Numbered from the stretch's first letter, positions 29,364-40,531 are shown. The stretch: DNA of 64,000 nt from an uncultured beta proteobacterium (GCA_963792765.1 CAWBXT010000002.1:66833-130832), one strand, 5' to 3'. Translations and numbers: made by a program. The notes: generated by a model from the sequence alone, not told the origin.

Positions 29364-30404
29364 TCAGCGCGCCGCCATCGCGCGTGCCGCCTCGGTCACG
29401 AGTGCGGGGCCGCGGTAGATGAGGCCGGTGTAGATCTGCACCAGGTCGGCGCCGGCGGCGATCTTCGCTCTGGCGTCGGCCGCGCTCAGCACGCCCCCGA
29501 CGCCGATGATCGGCACGCTCGGGCCCAGTTCGCGGCGCAATCCGGCGATCACGCGATTGCTGGCTTCGAACACCGGGCGGCCGCTCAGGCCACCGGCCTC
29601 GTCGGAGTGGGCCAACCCTTTGATGGCGTCACGCGCGATGGTGGTGTTGGTGGCGACGACGCCGTCGATGTGGTTGCGGCGCACCGTCCGCGCGACCGCG
29701 CGCACCTGCGAGTCGTCCAGGTCCGGGGCAATCTTCACGAACAGCGGTACGCTGCGTCCGATAGCCTTGGTGAGCTCTTGGCGTCGCTCGTGCAAGGCCG
29801 ACAGCAGCGCGTCGAGCGCTTCGTCGCCCTGGAGTTCGCGCAGGTTCTTCGTGTTGGGGCTCGAGATGTTGACTGTCACGTAGTCGGCCTGCGGATAGAC
29901 GCCTTCCAGGCACGTCAGATAGTCGTCCACCGCGCGCCCGATCGGCGTCGTCGCGTTCTTGCCGATGTTCAGTCCGAGGATGCCGCCTGCGGCCCGGAAG
30001 CGCGTTGCGCGCTTCACGTTGGCAAGGAAGGCGGCGAGGCCCTCGTTGTTGAAGCCGAGGCGATTGATCAGCGCCTCGGCCTGTGGCAGGCGAAACATGC
30101 GCGGCTTCGGGTTGCCCGGCTGCGCGAGCGGCGTCACAGTGCCGACTTCGACGAAGCCGAAGCCCATCGCGCCGAGCCCGTCGATGCAGCGGCCGTTCTT
30201 GTCGAGCCCGGCCGCGAGGCCGATGCGGTTTGGAAAAGTCAGGCCCGCGAGCGTGACCGGATCCTCGATTCGCGTCTGGCGCCACAGGGCTTGCGCGGGC
30301 GAGTTCTGCAAGCGCGCGATCGCAGCGAGCGTCATTTCATGCGCGACCTCGGGGTCGAGTCCGAAAAGGAAGGCGCGCGCGAGCGGGTAGGGAAGAGGAA
30401 ACAT
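29364..30404 (-). CDS. pyrD: Dihydroorotate dehydrogenase (quinone)
   Basis: [23 protein letters not shown]...[10 protein letters not shown]...NISSPNT...GVGGV. Start at ATG 30404; the upstream part of the track ORF is not protein-like. Confidence 0.95.
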   Translation of the reverse strand: MFPLPYPLARAFLFGLDPEVAHEMTLAAIARLQNSPAQALWRQTRIEDPVTLAGLTFPNRIGLAAGLDKNGRCIDGLGAMGFGFVEVGTVTPLAQPGNPKPRMFRLPQAEALINRLGFNNEGLAAFLANVKRATRFRAAGGILGLNIGKNATTPIGRAVDDYLTCLEGVYPQADYVTVNISSPNTKNLRELQGDEALDALLSALHERRQELTKAIGRSVPLFVKIAPDLDDSQVRAVARTVRRNHIDGVVATNTTIARDAIKGLAHSDEAGGLSGRPVFEASNRVIAGLRRELGPSVPIIGVGGVLSAADARAKIAAGADLVQIYTGLIYRGPALVTEAARAMAAR

Positions 30405-30510
30405 CGTCGAGCCCGCAACCAGGGTGCAGGATTGTCGCAAACCGCTGCGTTGGCCGCGGTGAGCGCACACCGATAATCGATGGCACTCATGCCCTGGAGA
30501 CGGAAAGCCT

Positions 30511-31170
30511 ATGACGCAAGACGAACTCAAAGCGATGGTGGGCGACGCCGCGACGGCCTGGGTGAAGCCGGGTAGCGTGATCGGCGTCGGCACGGGCTCG
30601 ACGGTGAACTGCTTCATCGAGTCACTGGCCCGCATGCCAGAGCGCATCGCGGCTGCGGTGTCGAGCTCCGAGCAAAGCAGCGTGCGACTGCGCAAGCACG
30701 GCATCCCGGTGCTCGATGCCAACGAGGTTGAGTCGCTTGCGGTCTATGTCGACGGCGCCGACGAGATCGACGGCCGGGGCTGCATGATCAAAGGGGGCGG
30801 CGGTGCGCTGACGCGCGAGAAGATCGTTGCCGACATGGCGGAGCGCTTCGTCTGCATCGCCGATGCTTCGAAGCTCGTGACGACCCTCGGACGCTTCCCC
30901 TTGCCGGTCGAAGTGATCCCGATGGCACGCGCGCTCGTGGCGCGCCGCCTGCGCGGGATCGGCGGTCATCCCGTGCTGCGCGACGGCTTCGTGACCGACA
31001 ACGGAGGCTTGATTTTGGACGTCCACGGCCTGTCGATCGGCGACCCGCCGGCGCTCGAGGCCGAACTCGGCCAGTGGCCCGGCGTGATCACGGTGGGTGT
31101 GTTCGCGCGCAACCGGGCGAGGGTGTGTCTGCTCGGAAGGCCAGACGGCGTGCAAACACTCAACTTCTGA
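30511..31170 (+). CDS. rpiA: Ribose-5-phosphate isomerase A
   Basis: GVGTGSTV...DGADEID...[14 protein letters not shown]. Confidence 0.95.
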   Translation: MTQDELKAMVGDAATAWVKPGSVIGVGTGSTVNCFIESLARMPERIAAAVSSSEQSSVRLRKHGIPVLDANEVESLAVYVDGADEIDGRGCMIKGGGGALTREKIVADMAERFVCIADASKLVTTLGRFPLPVEVIPMARALVARRLRGIGGHPVLRDGFVTDNGGLILDVHGLSIGDPPALEAELGQWPGVITVGVFARNRARVCLLGRPDGVQTLNF

Positions 31171-31255
31171 CAGCATCGCTGCCGGGGACCACGCAAAAAC
31201 GGCGTAACCTCGGCCCTCTCCACGTACCCCACCGAAAAGCGAGGAAACCAAGCCC

Positions 31256-31441
31256 ATGGCAAAGCCCAACTATTCATTCGAGAAACGCCAGCGCGAGCGG
31301 CTGAAGAAGCAGAAGAAGGAAGAAAAGCTTGCCCAGCGCAAGGCGGGCACCAACAAGACAGAAGACGCTCCCGAAGGCGAGACCTCGAACGAAGCGGCTG
31401 CGCCGGTGACCTCCGAAGCAGCGGGCGACCAGCCCGCATAG
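31256..31441 (+). CDS. Small highly charged protein (61 aa), function unknown
   Basis: MAKPNYSFEKRQRERLKKQKKEEKLAQRKAGTNKTEDAPEGE.... SD-like GAGGAAA lies upstream and a hairpin terminator downstream. I recall similar MAKPNY... small ORFs in related genomes but cannot verify this. Confidence 0.55.
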   Translation: MAKPNYSFEKRQRERLKKQKKEEKLAQRKAGTNKTEDAPEGETSNEAAAPVTSEAAGDQPA

Positions 31442-31452
31442 GGGCGGTTATT

Positions 31453-31476
31453 GCGCCAGGCTTGTCAGCCTGGTGC
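31453..31476. terminator. Hairpin between convergent genes
   Basis: GCGCCAGGCT-tgtc-AGCCTGGTGC, a 10-bp stem with one G-U pair. Confidence 0.4.
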
Positions 31477-31494
31477 GTGTCGCGGACGCTGCGC

Positions 31495-33432
31495 TCAGGC
31501 GCGGCGTGCGGCGCGGGATGCGAACCGTGCTGCGTCGACAGCGTCGAGCAGGCTCGCTTCGAGCGGGCACGGCGCGCCGCTGATCTGGGACGCCAATGCG
31601 CGTGCACCGAGTGTGGCCCACGTGATACCGCGCGAGGCGAGGCCGGTGAACACATAGAGGCCGGGCGCGCGAGGGACGAAGCGCGGCTGGTCCAGCCGAA
31701 CCCCATGGCGTTGCGCGGCGGCTGGTTGCGGCACACCTCCGATCAGCGGCAGGCGATCGGGCGCCGTGCAACGCCAACCGACGCGACCGGAAAGCGCGAT
31801 CGCATTCTCCATTGGCGCACTGCCCGTCAGGCGCGCCAGTTGGATGAGGTTGTAAGCCTGGTCGGACGCGCGCAGATTCGGCTCCTCATCGTCGATCTGC
31901 GCGGTCGCACCGAACAATGCGGTCGCGCCGTCCAAGGGCGGCAGCACATACCCGTTGCCAGCCACGGGCAGCAGAGGCAATCGCAGGCCTGGGGTCGACA
32001 GCGGCAGTTCGGTTGTCTGCCCGCGAATGCGCTGCATCGGCAGACGGAGATCTGCGAGCAGGCGTCCCGCTTCGAACGCGTTGGCGAGCACCAGAACGTC
32101 GGCTTCGTCGAGGGTGACTCCTGAGGCATCGAGAAGTCGCCAACGTCCGCCCTGACGGCGGAGTTCGGCGACGTCGGTGCCGAAGTGCAGATCGACGGCG
32201 TCGCGGACCTCGGAAATCAGGGACGCCGCAAATCCGGCCGGGTCGATCCACCCGCCGCCTGGAAAGAACCAAGCCGGCGAGGTCAGCGGCAGCCCGCTCA
32301 GGCGGGCGGCAGCACCGGGGTCGAGTGCCTGCACGTAATCCGCGGGCAGGCCGAGCGCATGCAGTTGCGCTGCCATGCTCTGGAGCGTCGCGTGCGCCTC
32401 GACGCGCAGCAGCCCGCGCAACTGCCCGCTGACGCCGCGCCTTTCGATAGCTTCGTGGGCCGCCACTCGCGCCTGCAGGGCCGCCGCGCGATTGAAGCGC
32501 GCATGCGTACCATCCTGCGGGTTCACCGTGCCGTGAAAGATGCCGCCAGGGTTGCCCGACGCGGCCGCCGCGACGGAAGCCTGGCGGTCGAACAGCGTGC
32601 TTCGCCAGCCTTGCTCGGCCAAGGCCCAGGCGGCGGCGGTACCCGCGAGCCCGGCGCCGACGATCAGCGCTCGCCGGATGGCGGTCGGCGCGGTGCCGAT
32701 CCGCGCCGGTGCGCGTCGGGGCACGAAGCGCGGCGCGTGGCGCGCAAGCGTGATTTCGCGCTTGCCGCCACTGCCGGGGGCGCTGCGGACCTCGAACCCG
32801 GCGGCGGCGAGGCCTTCGCGCACCGCTCCCGCGACGCTCCAAGTCGCGGCCGTTGCACCGGGCGCGGCGAGTCGCGCCAGCGCCTTGAACACGCGCGGCT
32901 GCCACATTTCGGGGTTGCGATCAGGCGCGAAACCGTCGAGAAAGAACGCATCGACCGAGGCGATGATCTCGGGCACCCAATCGGCAATGTCGCCGAGCGC
33001 GAGCAGCAGCTCGACGCGACCCCCTTCGAAGGTCAAGCGGTGCAGGTTCGGTGTCAGCGGCGGCCAGACTTGAACCAGCGCCTGCGCGAGTTCGAGCAGC
33101 GGCGAGGCCGCATGCGCACGCTGCAGGTCGATTGCGGCGAACGGATGCTTCTCGACCGAGATGAAGTGCAGCCGCTCGCAGCGCTGCGGGTCTTGCCGCC
33201 AGGCATTCCACGCGGCGAGGAAGTTGTTGCCCAGACCGAAGCCGGTCTCGAGGATGACGAAGCGCTCGCGGACTTGCCAGCGTGCCGGCAATTCGTTGCC
33301 GCCGAGGAAGACATGCGCCGCCTGCGCCAGGGCACCCTGCCGAGGGTGGTAGCGGTCCCCGAAGCTCTGCGAGAAGGGGATGCCTTCAGTGTCGAACGAG
33401 AGCGTTGCCGCGATGACCGGTTTGGTCTTCAC
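31495..33432 (-). CDS. mnmC: Bifunctional tRNA (mnm5s2U34) methyltransferase / FAD-dependent cmnm5s2U34 oxidoreductase
   Basis: 645 aa. N-terminal FGDRYH...FVILETGFGLGNNF methyltransferase and C-terminal DAO-type IVGAGLAG FAD domain. Confidence 0.92.
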   Translation of the reverse strand: MKTKPVIAATLSFDTEGIPFSQSFGDRYHPRQGALAQAAHVFLGGNELPARWQVRERFVILETGFGLGNNFLAAWNAWRQDPQRCERLHFISVEKHPFAAIDLQRAHAASPLLELAQALVQVWPPLTPNLHRLTFEGGRVELLLALGDIADWVPEIIASVDAFFLDGFAPDRNPEMWQPRVFKALARLAAPGATAATWSVAGAVREGLAAAGFEVRSAPGSGGKREITLARHAPRFVPRRAPARIGTAPTAIRRALIVGAGLAGTAAAWALAEQGWRSTLFDRQASVAAAASGNPGGIFHGTVNPQDGTHARFNRAAALQARVAAHEAIERRGVSGQLRGLLRVEAHATLQSMAAQLHALGLPADYVQALDPGAAARLSGLPLTSPAWFFPGGGWIDPAGFAASLISEVRDAVDLHFGTDVAELRRQGGRWRLLDASGVTLDEADVLVLANAFEAGRLLADLRLPMQRIRGQTTELPLSTPGLRLPLLPVAGNGYVLPPLDGATALFGATAQIDDEEPNLRASDQAYNLIQLARLTGSAPMENAIALSGRVGWRCTAPDRLPLIGGVPQPAAAQRHGVRLDQPRFVPRAPGLYVFTGLASRGITWATLGARALASQISGAPCPLEASLLDAVDAARFASRAARRA

Positions 33433-33450
33433 GGCGCCGCCTGGACGAGT

Positions 33451-34002
33451 TCAGACCCGCTTGCGGTACTCGTGCGTGCGGGTGTCGATCTCGATCTTGT
33501 CGCCGCTCTCGACGAACAGCGGCACCGCGATCTCGAGGCCGGTGGCGGTGGTTGCCGGCTTCATCACCTTGCCCGAAGTGTCGCCCTTGACGGCCGGCTC
33601 GGTCGTGATCTCTCGCACGAGCGAGGTCGGCAACTCGACCGATATCGCCTTGCCGTCGTAGAAGACGACTTCGACGGGCATCGCGTCCTCGAGGTACTGG
33701 ATCGCGTCGCCCATGTTCTCGGCCTCGACCTCGAACTGGTTGTATTCGGCGTCCATGAAGACGTACATCGGATCGGCGAAGTAGGTGTAGGTGCAATCCT
33801 TCTTCTCGAGCACGATCTGGTCCATCTTGTCGTCGGCCTTGTAGACGACCTCGGTACCCGAGTTGCTGAGCAGGCTCTTCAACTTCATGCGCACGGTGGC
33901 GGAGTTGCGGCCGCCGCGGCTGTACTCGGTCTTCAGGACGACCATCGGGTCCTTGCCATTCATGATGACGTTGCCGGCGCGAATTTCCTGGGCGATCTTC
34001 AT
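33451..34002 (-). CDS. efp: Elongation factor P (Arg32 type)
   Basis: [42 protein letters not shown]. The tip-loop residue 32 is Arg. Confidence 0.96.
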   Translation of the reverse strand: MKIAQEIRAGNVIMNGKDPMVVLKTEYSRGGRNSATVRMKLKSLLSNSGTEVVYKADDKMDQIVLEKKDCTYTYFADPMYVFMDAEYNQFEVEAENMGDAIQYLEDAMPVEVVFYDGKAISVELPTSLVREITTEPAVKGDTSGKVMKPATTATGLEIAVPLFVESGDKIEIDTRTHEYRKRV

Positions 34003-34065
34003 AGCGGTTCCATGTGGATGCGTGGTGGTGTTCAAATGCGCGCCGCGCGCGCAAAGCCTCTAATT

Positions 34066-35139
34066 TTAGCGTGTTTCGTCGACCGAGCCGATCAGTTGCG
34101 TCACCAGATCGGCCTGGACGGCGAGCCATTCGCGCCATGCCGTGCAATGGGTGCCCCAGCCCTGCAGGTCGGGCAGGGCTAGCGGACCCACGGCCACGCC
34201 ATTCCAGGCCTGGAACGCCTGGCGAAGCGAGTCGGCAAGCGGGGCATTGGCATTGGCGAGAAAGCGATCCAGGAAGGCCTGCAGCTTGAGCTTGTGCGCA
34301 TCGCCGGACTGTGGATAGGCCTGCCACAGAAACGGCTTGGCAGCCCACTGAGCGCGCACGAAGGTGTCTTCTCCTCGTACGCAATTCAAGTCGCTGGCCC
34401 AGAGCAGGCGGTCGTAATCCAGTTGGGTGAGGTAGGGCAGCACTATCGCCCTCAGCGAACCACGCCGCAGCGGCGAACCCAGAAGCGTGCGCACCTGTTC
34501 GGCGGGCGCACCCGGTGTGATCAACAGCAGCGTGGGTACTGCGGCCAGTTCATCGAGCAACGCGGGTAGCGCGGGGTTGGCATAGCAAAAGAGGCTCACG
34601 ACGCGCTCGGCCGGTTCCGCCGAAAGGCCATGCGCATCCAGCCAGGCGTCTCTATCGAAGCCGCGTTGGGAGTCGAAAAGGCCCGGCTCGCGCAAAAGCC
34701 CGCCGCTGGCCGACGTGAAGCCTGGGAAATGAAAGGTTCGCTTCAACATCAGACCCGGCGCGATGGTCACCGGCGACGGCAATCCGTGACTGCGCTCCGC
34801 AAACGCTTCGGCCGTGAGGTATTCGAGGTTGATCCAGCGCGGCGCGGGCTCGGTTGCTGCCATGCGCTCCACGAACGCGGGCGGCGGATCGCAGCCGAAA
34901 GTCTCGACGACGACTTCCGAAGGTGCGAGGTCGGGCGCCGGAGCCGTCCAGTGCACGACTTGGACGCCGGCATGGCCCCCGGGCGCCATCCACGCGAGGG
35001 CAGACGGGTCGTCGACCCACAGCCGTACGCGCTCTCGACGTTCGGCCAGATCGGCACACAGCCGCCAGGCGACTCCCAGGTCGCCGTGGTTGTCGATCAC
35101 GCGGCAAAACACATCCCAGCTGTGGGCCATGGTGGGCAT
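34066..35139 (-). CDS. earP: EF-P arginine-32 rhamnosyltransferase
   Basis: [21 protein letters not shown]-terminus typical of EarP (DUF2331), directly upstream of efp. The start is ATG 35139 or 35130. Confidence 0.88.
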   Translation of the reverse strand: MPTMAHSWDVFCRVIDNHGDLGVAWRLCADLAERRERVRLWVDDPSALAWMAPGGHAGVQVVHWTAPAPDLAPSEVVVETFGCDPPPAFVERMAATEPAPRWINLEYLTAEAFAERSHGLPSPVTIAPGLMLKRTFHFPGFTSASGGLLREPGLFDSQRGFDRDAWLDAHGLSAEPAERVVSLFCYANPALPALLDELAAVPTLLLITPGAPAEQVRTLLGSPLRRGSLRAIVLPYLTQLDYDRLLWASDLNCVRGEDTFVRAQWAAKPFLWQAYPQSGDAHKLKLQAFLDRFLANANAPLADSLRQAFQAWNGVAVGPLALPDLQGWGTHCTAWREWLAVQADLVTQLIGSVDETR

Positions 35140-35173
35140 TATCGGCAGGCGCCGCGGGGCACAATGGGCTGCG

Positions 35174-37189
35174 ATGAACGCAGCCGGTCCAGCAGAAACG
35201 CCTTCGAACGGAACCTCCGCCGACACTGTCGGCAAGGAGGGGCAGGTGCGCGCGCGGCTGCTCGCCGAGGTCGCCGCGTTGCCGCCGCGGCCAGGTGTCT
35301 ACCGCTACTTCGACGCGCAGGACGCAGTGCTCTATGTCGGCAAGGCGCGCAACTTGAAGAAGCGCGTGGCGAGCTACTTCCAGAAGAACCACGCGGGAAC
35401 CCGCATCGGTTTGATGATCGAGCGCATTGCGCGCATGGAGACGAGTGTCGTGCGCTCCGAGGCCGAGGCGCTGCTGCTCGAGAACAACCTCATCAAGTCG
35501 CTCAACCCGCGCTTCAACATTCTGTTTCGCGACGACAAGAGCTACCCGTACCTGAAGATCACCGCCGCGCGTGACGTTGACGATGTTGCCGCGCCTTCGG
35601 CGGCGATCTTTCCGCGCGTGGCCTATTACCGGGGTGCGGTCGATCGTCGGAACCACTACTTCGGCCCCTACCCGAGCGCGTGGGCGGTAAAGGAGTCGAT
35701 CCTGCTGCTGCAAAAGGTATTTCGCCTGCGCACCTGCGAGGACACGGTGTTTGCCAATCGCAGCCGGCCCTGCCTGCTCTACCAGATCAAGCGCTGCTCG
35801 GCCCCGTGCGTAGCCCGCATCGGCGCGGTTGACTACGCGCGTGACGTGGCTCACGCCGAGGCCTTCCTGCGTGGCGAGACGAGTGAGGTGATGGAGCGTC
35901 TGCAGACCCGAATGCTTGCGCACTCCGAGGCGCTCGAGTTCGAGCAGGCGGCGGAGGTGCGCAATCAGCTCGGTGCGCTGTCGAGCGTGTTGCATCAGCA
36001 AGCGGTGGAAGCGAACTCCGGCGGCAGCTTCGACAAGGATGCCGACATCCTCGCAGTGAAAGTGCAGGGCGGGCGCGCCTGCGTCAACCTGGCCATGGTG
36101 CGCGGCGGGCGGCACTTGGGCGATCGACCGTACTTCCCGACTCATGTCGAGGAAGCGACCGAGATCGGCGCCTCCATCGACGCGCCAGCCGACGACGACG
36201 CGGGCGCGCGCGTCGAGCCCGAAGTGCAGGTGCTCGAAGCGTTCATTGCGCAACACTACGTCGGTACCGGTGCGCCGCCGCTGCTGGTGCTGAGCCATGC
36301 GGTCGACAAGGCGTTGATCGAGGCACTGTCGGCGCACAGCGGCGTGAAGGTCGGCGTGCAGCACCAGCCGCGCGCGCAGCGCCGCAGTTGGCTCGACATG
36401 TCGATCCACGGTGCCGAACTGGCGCTGGCGCGCTTGCTCGCCGAGGAGGGTTCGCAGCAGGCGCGAACGCGGGCGCTCGTCGAAGCCCTCGATCTGTCGT
36501 GCGAAGACCTGGCGCGGCTGCGCATCGAGTGCTTCGACATCAGTCACACCGCGGGCGAAGCGACGCAGGCTTCGTGTGTTGTGTTCGAGAACCACAAGAT
36601 GCAGAGCGCGCAGTACCGCCGCTACAACATCGCAGGCATTGCCGGGGGCGATGACTACGCCGCGATGCGACAGGTGCTGATGCGGCGCTACGCGAAGATC
36701 GCCGCGCTTGTTGCGGACGGCGCGGCGACAGGTGCCGCGCGCATGCCCGATCTGGTGCTCGTCGATGGTGGGCGCGGCCAGGTCGCGATGGCGCGTGAGG
36801 TGTTCGAGGAACTCGGCCTCGACCGCTCGCTGATCGTCGGCGTCGAGAAGGGTGAGGGTCGCAAGGTCGGCCTCGAGGAGCTCGTCTTCGCCGACGGCCG
36901 CGAGAAAGTGAGCCTGGCGCCGGATTCGGCTGCACTGATGCTCGTTGCGCAGATCCGCGACGAAGCGCATCGCTTCGCGATCACCGGCATGCGCGCCCGG
37001 CGCGCGAGTGTGCGCACTGGTGCAAGCTCGCTGGAGGACATCCCCGGCGTCGGACCTCGAAAGCGTGCCAAGCTGCTGCAGCGCTTCGGTGGCGTGCGCG
37101 GGGTCGGTCAGGCGAGCGTGCAGGACTTGCTGAGTGTGGAGGGCATCTCGCGGCAATTGGCCGAGGAAATCTATCGTGCCTTGCATTGA
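35174..37189 (+). CDS. uvrC: Excinuclease ABC subunit C
   Basis: [36 protein letters not shown] domain, UVR domain, and C-terminal (HhH)2. Confidence 0.96.
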   Translation: MNAAGPAETPSNGTSADTVGKEGQVRARLLAEVAALPPRPGVYRYFDAQDAVLYVGKARNLKKRVASYFQKNHAGTRIGLMIERIARMETSVVRSEAEALLLENNLIKSLNPRFNILFRDDKSYPYLKITAARDVDDVAAPSAAIFPRVAYYRGAVDRRNHYFGPYPSAWAVKESILLLQKVFRLRTCEDTVFANRSRPCLLYQIKRCSAPCVARIGAVDYARDVAHAEAFLRGETSEVMERLQTRMLAHSEALEFEQAAEVRNQLGALSSVLHQQAVEANSGGSFDKDADILAVKVQGGRACVNLAMVRGGRHLGDRPYFPTHVEEATEIGASIDAPADDDAGARVEPEVQVLEAFIAQHYVGTGAPPLLVLSHAVDKALIEALSAHSGVKVGVQHQPRAQRRSWLDMSIHGAELALARLLAEEGSQQARTRALVEALDLSCEDLARLRIECFDISHTAGEATQASCVVFENHKMQSAQYRRYNIAGIAGGDDYAAMRQVLMRRYAKIAALVADGAATGAARMPDLVLVDGGRGQVAMAREVFEELGLDRSLIVGVEKGEGRKVGLEELVFADGREKVSLAPDSAALMLVAQIRDEAHRFAITGMRARRASVRTGASSLEDIPGVGPRKRAKLLQRFGGVRGVGQASVQDLLSVEGISRQLAEEIYRALH

Positions 37190-37745
37190 GCGGCGGCGCG
37201 CGCGGCTAGGGATGTGCGCCATGGCGCTGTTCGGGATCGCCGGGTGCTCGCCGCAAAGTCCGACCGAACCTTCGCCTTCGCCTGCGCCGCCGGTGACCGA
37301 AGCGTCGGCGCCGCTGGCGGCGGCATCCGAACCGCCGCGCGACGCGGCGCCACCCGCGGCGGCCTCTGCGTCGGCGACGACGACGGTCCGCCCACGTCTG
37401 CCGCTGCCACCGGCCGCTGCGGTGCACTCGCAGCAGGAGCTTCGCCACCAAGCCGCGCTGCGCATCGTCGCGGCGAATCCGGACATCACCTACAGCGGCG
37501 TCCCGCCCGAGCCGCTGCTGGCAATTCCGGTGCTGCGAATCGAACTCAACGCGGACGGCAGCGTCCGGCGCATCGAGGTGCTGCGTCCCCCGCGACACGC
37601 ACTCGACACGATCCAGCTCGCGAAGGACGCGGTGCGCCGTGCAGCGCCGTTCGGCGATGTGTCACGCATGCCAAAGCCTTGGAAGTTCACCGAGACCTTT
37701 CTCTTCGACGACGATCGGCACTTCAAACCGCGCAGCCTCGATTGA
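37176..37745 (+). CDS. Lipoprotein with Pro/Ala-rich linker and TonB-C-like C-terminal domain
   Basis: Lipobox FGIAGC. A GTG 37176 start gives an RRRAR n-region and overlaps the uvrC end by 14 nt; ATG 37212 is the alternative. The C-terminal domain reads [26 protein letters not shown]. Confidence 0.65.
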   Translation: MPCIERRRARLGMCAMALFGIAGCSPQSPTEPSPSPAPPVTEASAPLAAASEPPRDAAPPAAASASATTTVRPRLPLPPAAAVHSQQELRHQAALRIVAANPDITYSGVPPEPLLAIPVLRIELNADGSVRRIEVLRPPRHALDTIQLAKDAVRRAAPFGDVSRMPKPWKFTETFLFDDDRHFKPRSLD

Positions 37746-37789
37746 ACGGCGCGCGAAGTCCGCGGCGTGAAGTTCGGCACAATCGCCGC

Positions 37790-38356
37790 ATGTTCTTCAA
37801 TCTGCCAACTTTGCTGACATGGGCGCGCATCGTTGCGATCCCGCTCATCGTCGGCGTGTTCTATCTGCAGCTCGAGCCTTCGCTGCAGAATCTTCTCGCC
37901 ACGGTCTTGTTCGTCGTTGTTGCGTTGACCGACTTGCTCGACGGCTATCTCGCGCGACGGTTGAATATGACGTCGTCGTTCGGTGCCTTCCTCGATCCGG
38001 TGGCCGACAAGTTCCTCGTCTGCGCCGCGCTGCTTGTGCTGGTGCATCTGAATCGCCTGCATGCGCTGATCGCCTTCGTCATCATCGGTCGCGAGATCGC
38101 GATCTCGGCGCTGCGTGAGTGGATGGCGCAGATCGGCGCGTCGCGCAGTGTCGCGGTACACATGCTTGGCAAACTCAAGACCGTGGTGCAGATGGTTGCG
38201 ATCCCGTTCTTGCTGTTCGACGGCACGCTGTTCGGGCTGATCGACACGCATACCTGGGGCACGGTGTTGATCTACATCGCGGCCTTGCTGACGATCTGGT
38301 CGATGGTCTACTACCTTCAAAAGGCGCTGCCAGAGATTCGCGCCAAGGCAAAGTAG
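37790..38356 (+). CDS. pgsA: CDP-diacylglycerol--glycerol-3-phosphate 3-phosphatidyltransferase
   Basis: DLLDGYLARRLNMTSSFGAFLDPVADK CDP-alcohol phosphatidyltransferase motif. Confidence 0.95.
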   Translation: MFFNLPTLLTWARIVAIPLIVGVFYLQLEPSLQNLLATVLFVVVALTDLLDGYLARRLNMTSSFGAFLDPVADKFLVCAALLVLVHLNRLHALIAFVIIGREIAISALREWMAQIGASRSVAVHMLGKLKTVVQMVAIPFLLFDGTLFGLIDTHTWGTVLIYIAALLTIWSMVYYLQKALPEIRAKAK

Positions 38357-38362
38357 GCCGAC

Positions 38363-39286
38363 GTGGCCATCAGCCGGCGGGCGCTCGCGCGCGCAATGCC
38401 CTGGGTCTTCGTGCTGATCTGGAGCACCGGTTTCGTGGTCGCGCGATTCGGCATGCCGCATGCGCCGCCGATGACCTTCCTGAGCACACGGTACGCGCTG
38501 TCGATCGTCTGCTTCGGCATCTGGGTTGCGTGGTCGCGCGCAGCATGGCCGAGCGGACGCGAGCAGTGGATGCACCTGGCCGTCGTGGGCGTGTTTCTCC
38601 AGGCCGGCTATCTCGGCGGCGTGTGGAGCGCGGTCAAGGCCGGCATGGGCGCAGGGACCGCTGCACTGATCGTGGGGCTGCAGCCCGTGCTGACCGCCTT
38701 GTGGGTCACCTCGCAGACGCCCTCGAGCGGCAGCGGCGATGGCGCCGTTCAGGCCACGGCGCGGGTCTCGCCGCGTCAATGGCTGGGCCTTGCGCTCGGC
38801 CTCGCCGGGCTCGTGCTCGTGGTGTGGCGCAAACTCGGTGTTGGTGAGGTGACGGCGTTCAGTTTCTCTCTCGCGGTCATCGCCCTGGTGTCGATCACCG
38901 TCGGGACGCTCTACCAGAAGCGCTTCGTCCGGCCATGCGACGTGCGCACCGCGAGCTCCGTGCAGATGTTCGCCGCGCTCGCCGTCACGCTCCCGCTTGC
39001 GCTGCTTGAACAGGAGCCGATGCTGCTGCATCCCGAACTCGTCGGCGCGATGGCGTGGTCGGTGCTGGGCCTCACGCTGGGCGGCAGTTCGCTGCTCTAC
39101 TTGTTGATCCAGCGCGGTGCGGCGACGCAGGTGAGCAGCCTGATGTACCTCGTGCCGCCGTGCACCGCGCTGCTGGCGTGGCTGTTGTTCGACGAGGCGT
39201 TCACCGTCATCATGGGGCTGGGCCTCGCGCTGACGGCCGTGGGTGTCGCACTCGTCACGTCGTCCGCGCGGCGCATCCTCGATTGA
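38363..39286 (+). CDS. DMT-superfamily (EamA-like) transporter
   Basis: About 10 TM helices in two EamA-like halves. Start is GTG 38363, or ATG 38396. Confidence 0.85.
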   Translation: MAISRRALARAMPWVFVLIWSTGFVVARFGMPHAPPMTFLSTRYALSIVCFGIWVAWSRAAWPSGREQWMHLAVVGVFLQAGYLGGVWSAVKAGMGAGTAALIVGLQPVLTALWVTSQTPSSGSGDGAVQATARVSPRQWLGLALGLAGLVLVVWRKLGVGEVTAFSFSLAVIALVSITVGTLYQKRFVRPCDVRTASSVQMFAALAVTLPLALLEQEPMLLHPELVGAMAWSVLGLTLGGSSLLYLLIQRGAATQVSSLMYLVPPCTALLAWLLFDEAFTVIMGLGLALTAVGVALVTSSARRILD

Positions 39287-39303
39287 CGGGAACGGAGACC
39301 CCC

Positions 39304-40389
39304 ATGACGACTCATCGCATCGCAGTGATCCCGGGCGACGGCATCGGCAAGGAAGTGATGCCCGAGGGCTTGCGCGTGCTCGACGCCGCCGCACGTCGCC
39401 TGGGCATCGCGCTGCAGTTCGACCACTTCGACTTCTCGAGCTGGGACTATTTCGAGCGCCACGGTCAGATGCTCCCTGACGACTGGAAGGAGCGCATCGG
39501 CGGGCACGACGCGATCTACTTCGGCGCGGTCGGCTGGCCGGCGAAGATTGCCGATCATGTCTCGCTGTGGGGCTCGTTGTTGCGCTTCCGACGCGACTTC
39601 GACCAATACGTGAACCTGCGTCCGGCGCGTCTGATGCCAGGCGTGCGCTCGCCACTCGTGCGGCGCGATGGCACACCACGCTCGCCGGGTGAGATCGACA
39701 TGCTCATCGTGCGCGAGAACACCGAGGGCGAATACTCGAGCATTGGCGGACGCATGTACGAGGGCAGCGATCGCGAGATCGTGATGCAGGAGACGGTGAT
39801 GTCACGCATCGGCGTCGACCGCGTGCTCAAGTTCGCGTTCGAACTCGCGCGTAGCCGGAAGCGCAAGAAGCTTACGTCGGCGACCAAAAGCAACGGCATC
39901 TCGATCACGATGCCTTACTGGGACGAGCGAGTCGACGCGATGGCGAAAGCCTATCCCGACGTGAGCGTCGACCGCTTTCACATCGACATACTGGCGGCGC
40001 ACTTCGTGCTTCGCCCAGATGCTTTCGACGTTGTCGTGGCGAGCAACCTGTTCGGCGACATCCTGAGCGACCTGGGCCCGGCCTGCACGGGCACGATCGG
40101 CATCGCACCGTCCGCCAACATCAACCCGACGCGCGCCTGGCCGTCTTTGTTCGAGCCGGTGCATGGCTCGGCGCCCGACATCGCCGGGCGTGGTGTCGCC
40201 AATCCGATCGGGCAGATCTGGTCGGGCGCGCTGATGCTCGACTTCCTCGGCCATCGCGACGCGCACGACGCGATCGTCGGCGCGATCGAGCGCGTACTGG
40301 GTGCTGGCGCGCACGCGCCGCTCACGCCGGATCTGGGCGGTACTGCCGCCACGGCCGACCTGGGCCTTGCGATCGCCAGCGCCTTGTGA
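39304..40389 (+). CDS. Tartrate dehydrogenase / D-malate dehydrogenase (decarboxylating), isopropylmalate-DH family
   Basis: IAVIPGDGIGKEV...RENTEGEYS...NLFGDILSDL...GSAPDIAG. Confidence 0.9.
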   Translation: MTTHRIAVIPGDGIGKEVMPEGLRVLDAAARRLGIALQFDHFDFSSWDYFERHGQMLPDDWKERIGGHDAIYFGAVGWPAKIADHVSLWGSLLRFRRDFDQYVNLRPARLMPGVRSPLVRRDGTPRSPGEIDMLIVRENTEGEYSSIGGRMYEGSDREIVMQETVMSRIGVDRVLKFAFELARSRKRKKLTSATKSNGISITMPYWDERVDAMAKAYPDVSVDRFHIDILAAHFVLRPDAFDVVVASNLFGDILSDLGPACTGTIGIAPSANINPTRAWPSLFEPVHGSAPDIAGRGVANPIGQIWSGALMLDFLGHRDAHDAIVGAIERVLGAGAHAPLTPDLGGTAATADLGLAIASAL

Positions 40390-40502
40390 GCGCGCGCTCT
40401 GTCGCGCGCGCAGTCGTGGATTGCCACGCATGTCAAGCGGAAATACCTGCGCCTTCCCCCGGAAATCGGGGGGGTGAATCGACTTAGAATCCGCATCGAT
40501 GC

Positions 40503-40531
40503 TTGACAGGCATGGGGCTCGCGGCTGTAAT
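40503..40531 (+). promoter_or_regulatory. Sigma70-type promoter for hupB
   Basis: TTGACA, a 17-nt spacer, then TGTAAT, about 80 nt upstream of the hupB start. Confidence 0.55.

Noticed and set aside
34652-37489. 945-aa minus-strand ORF.
   Set aside because: It is antisense to uvrC and out of frame over earP, with low-complexity Arg/Ala-rich content. This is a high-GC shadow ORF.
37490-39679. 729-aa minus-strand ORF.
   Set aside because: It is antisense to pgsA, the DMT transporter and the tartrate dehydrogenase gene, all of which have clear family signatures. This is a shadow ORF.
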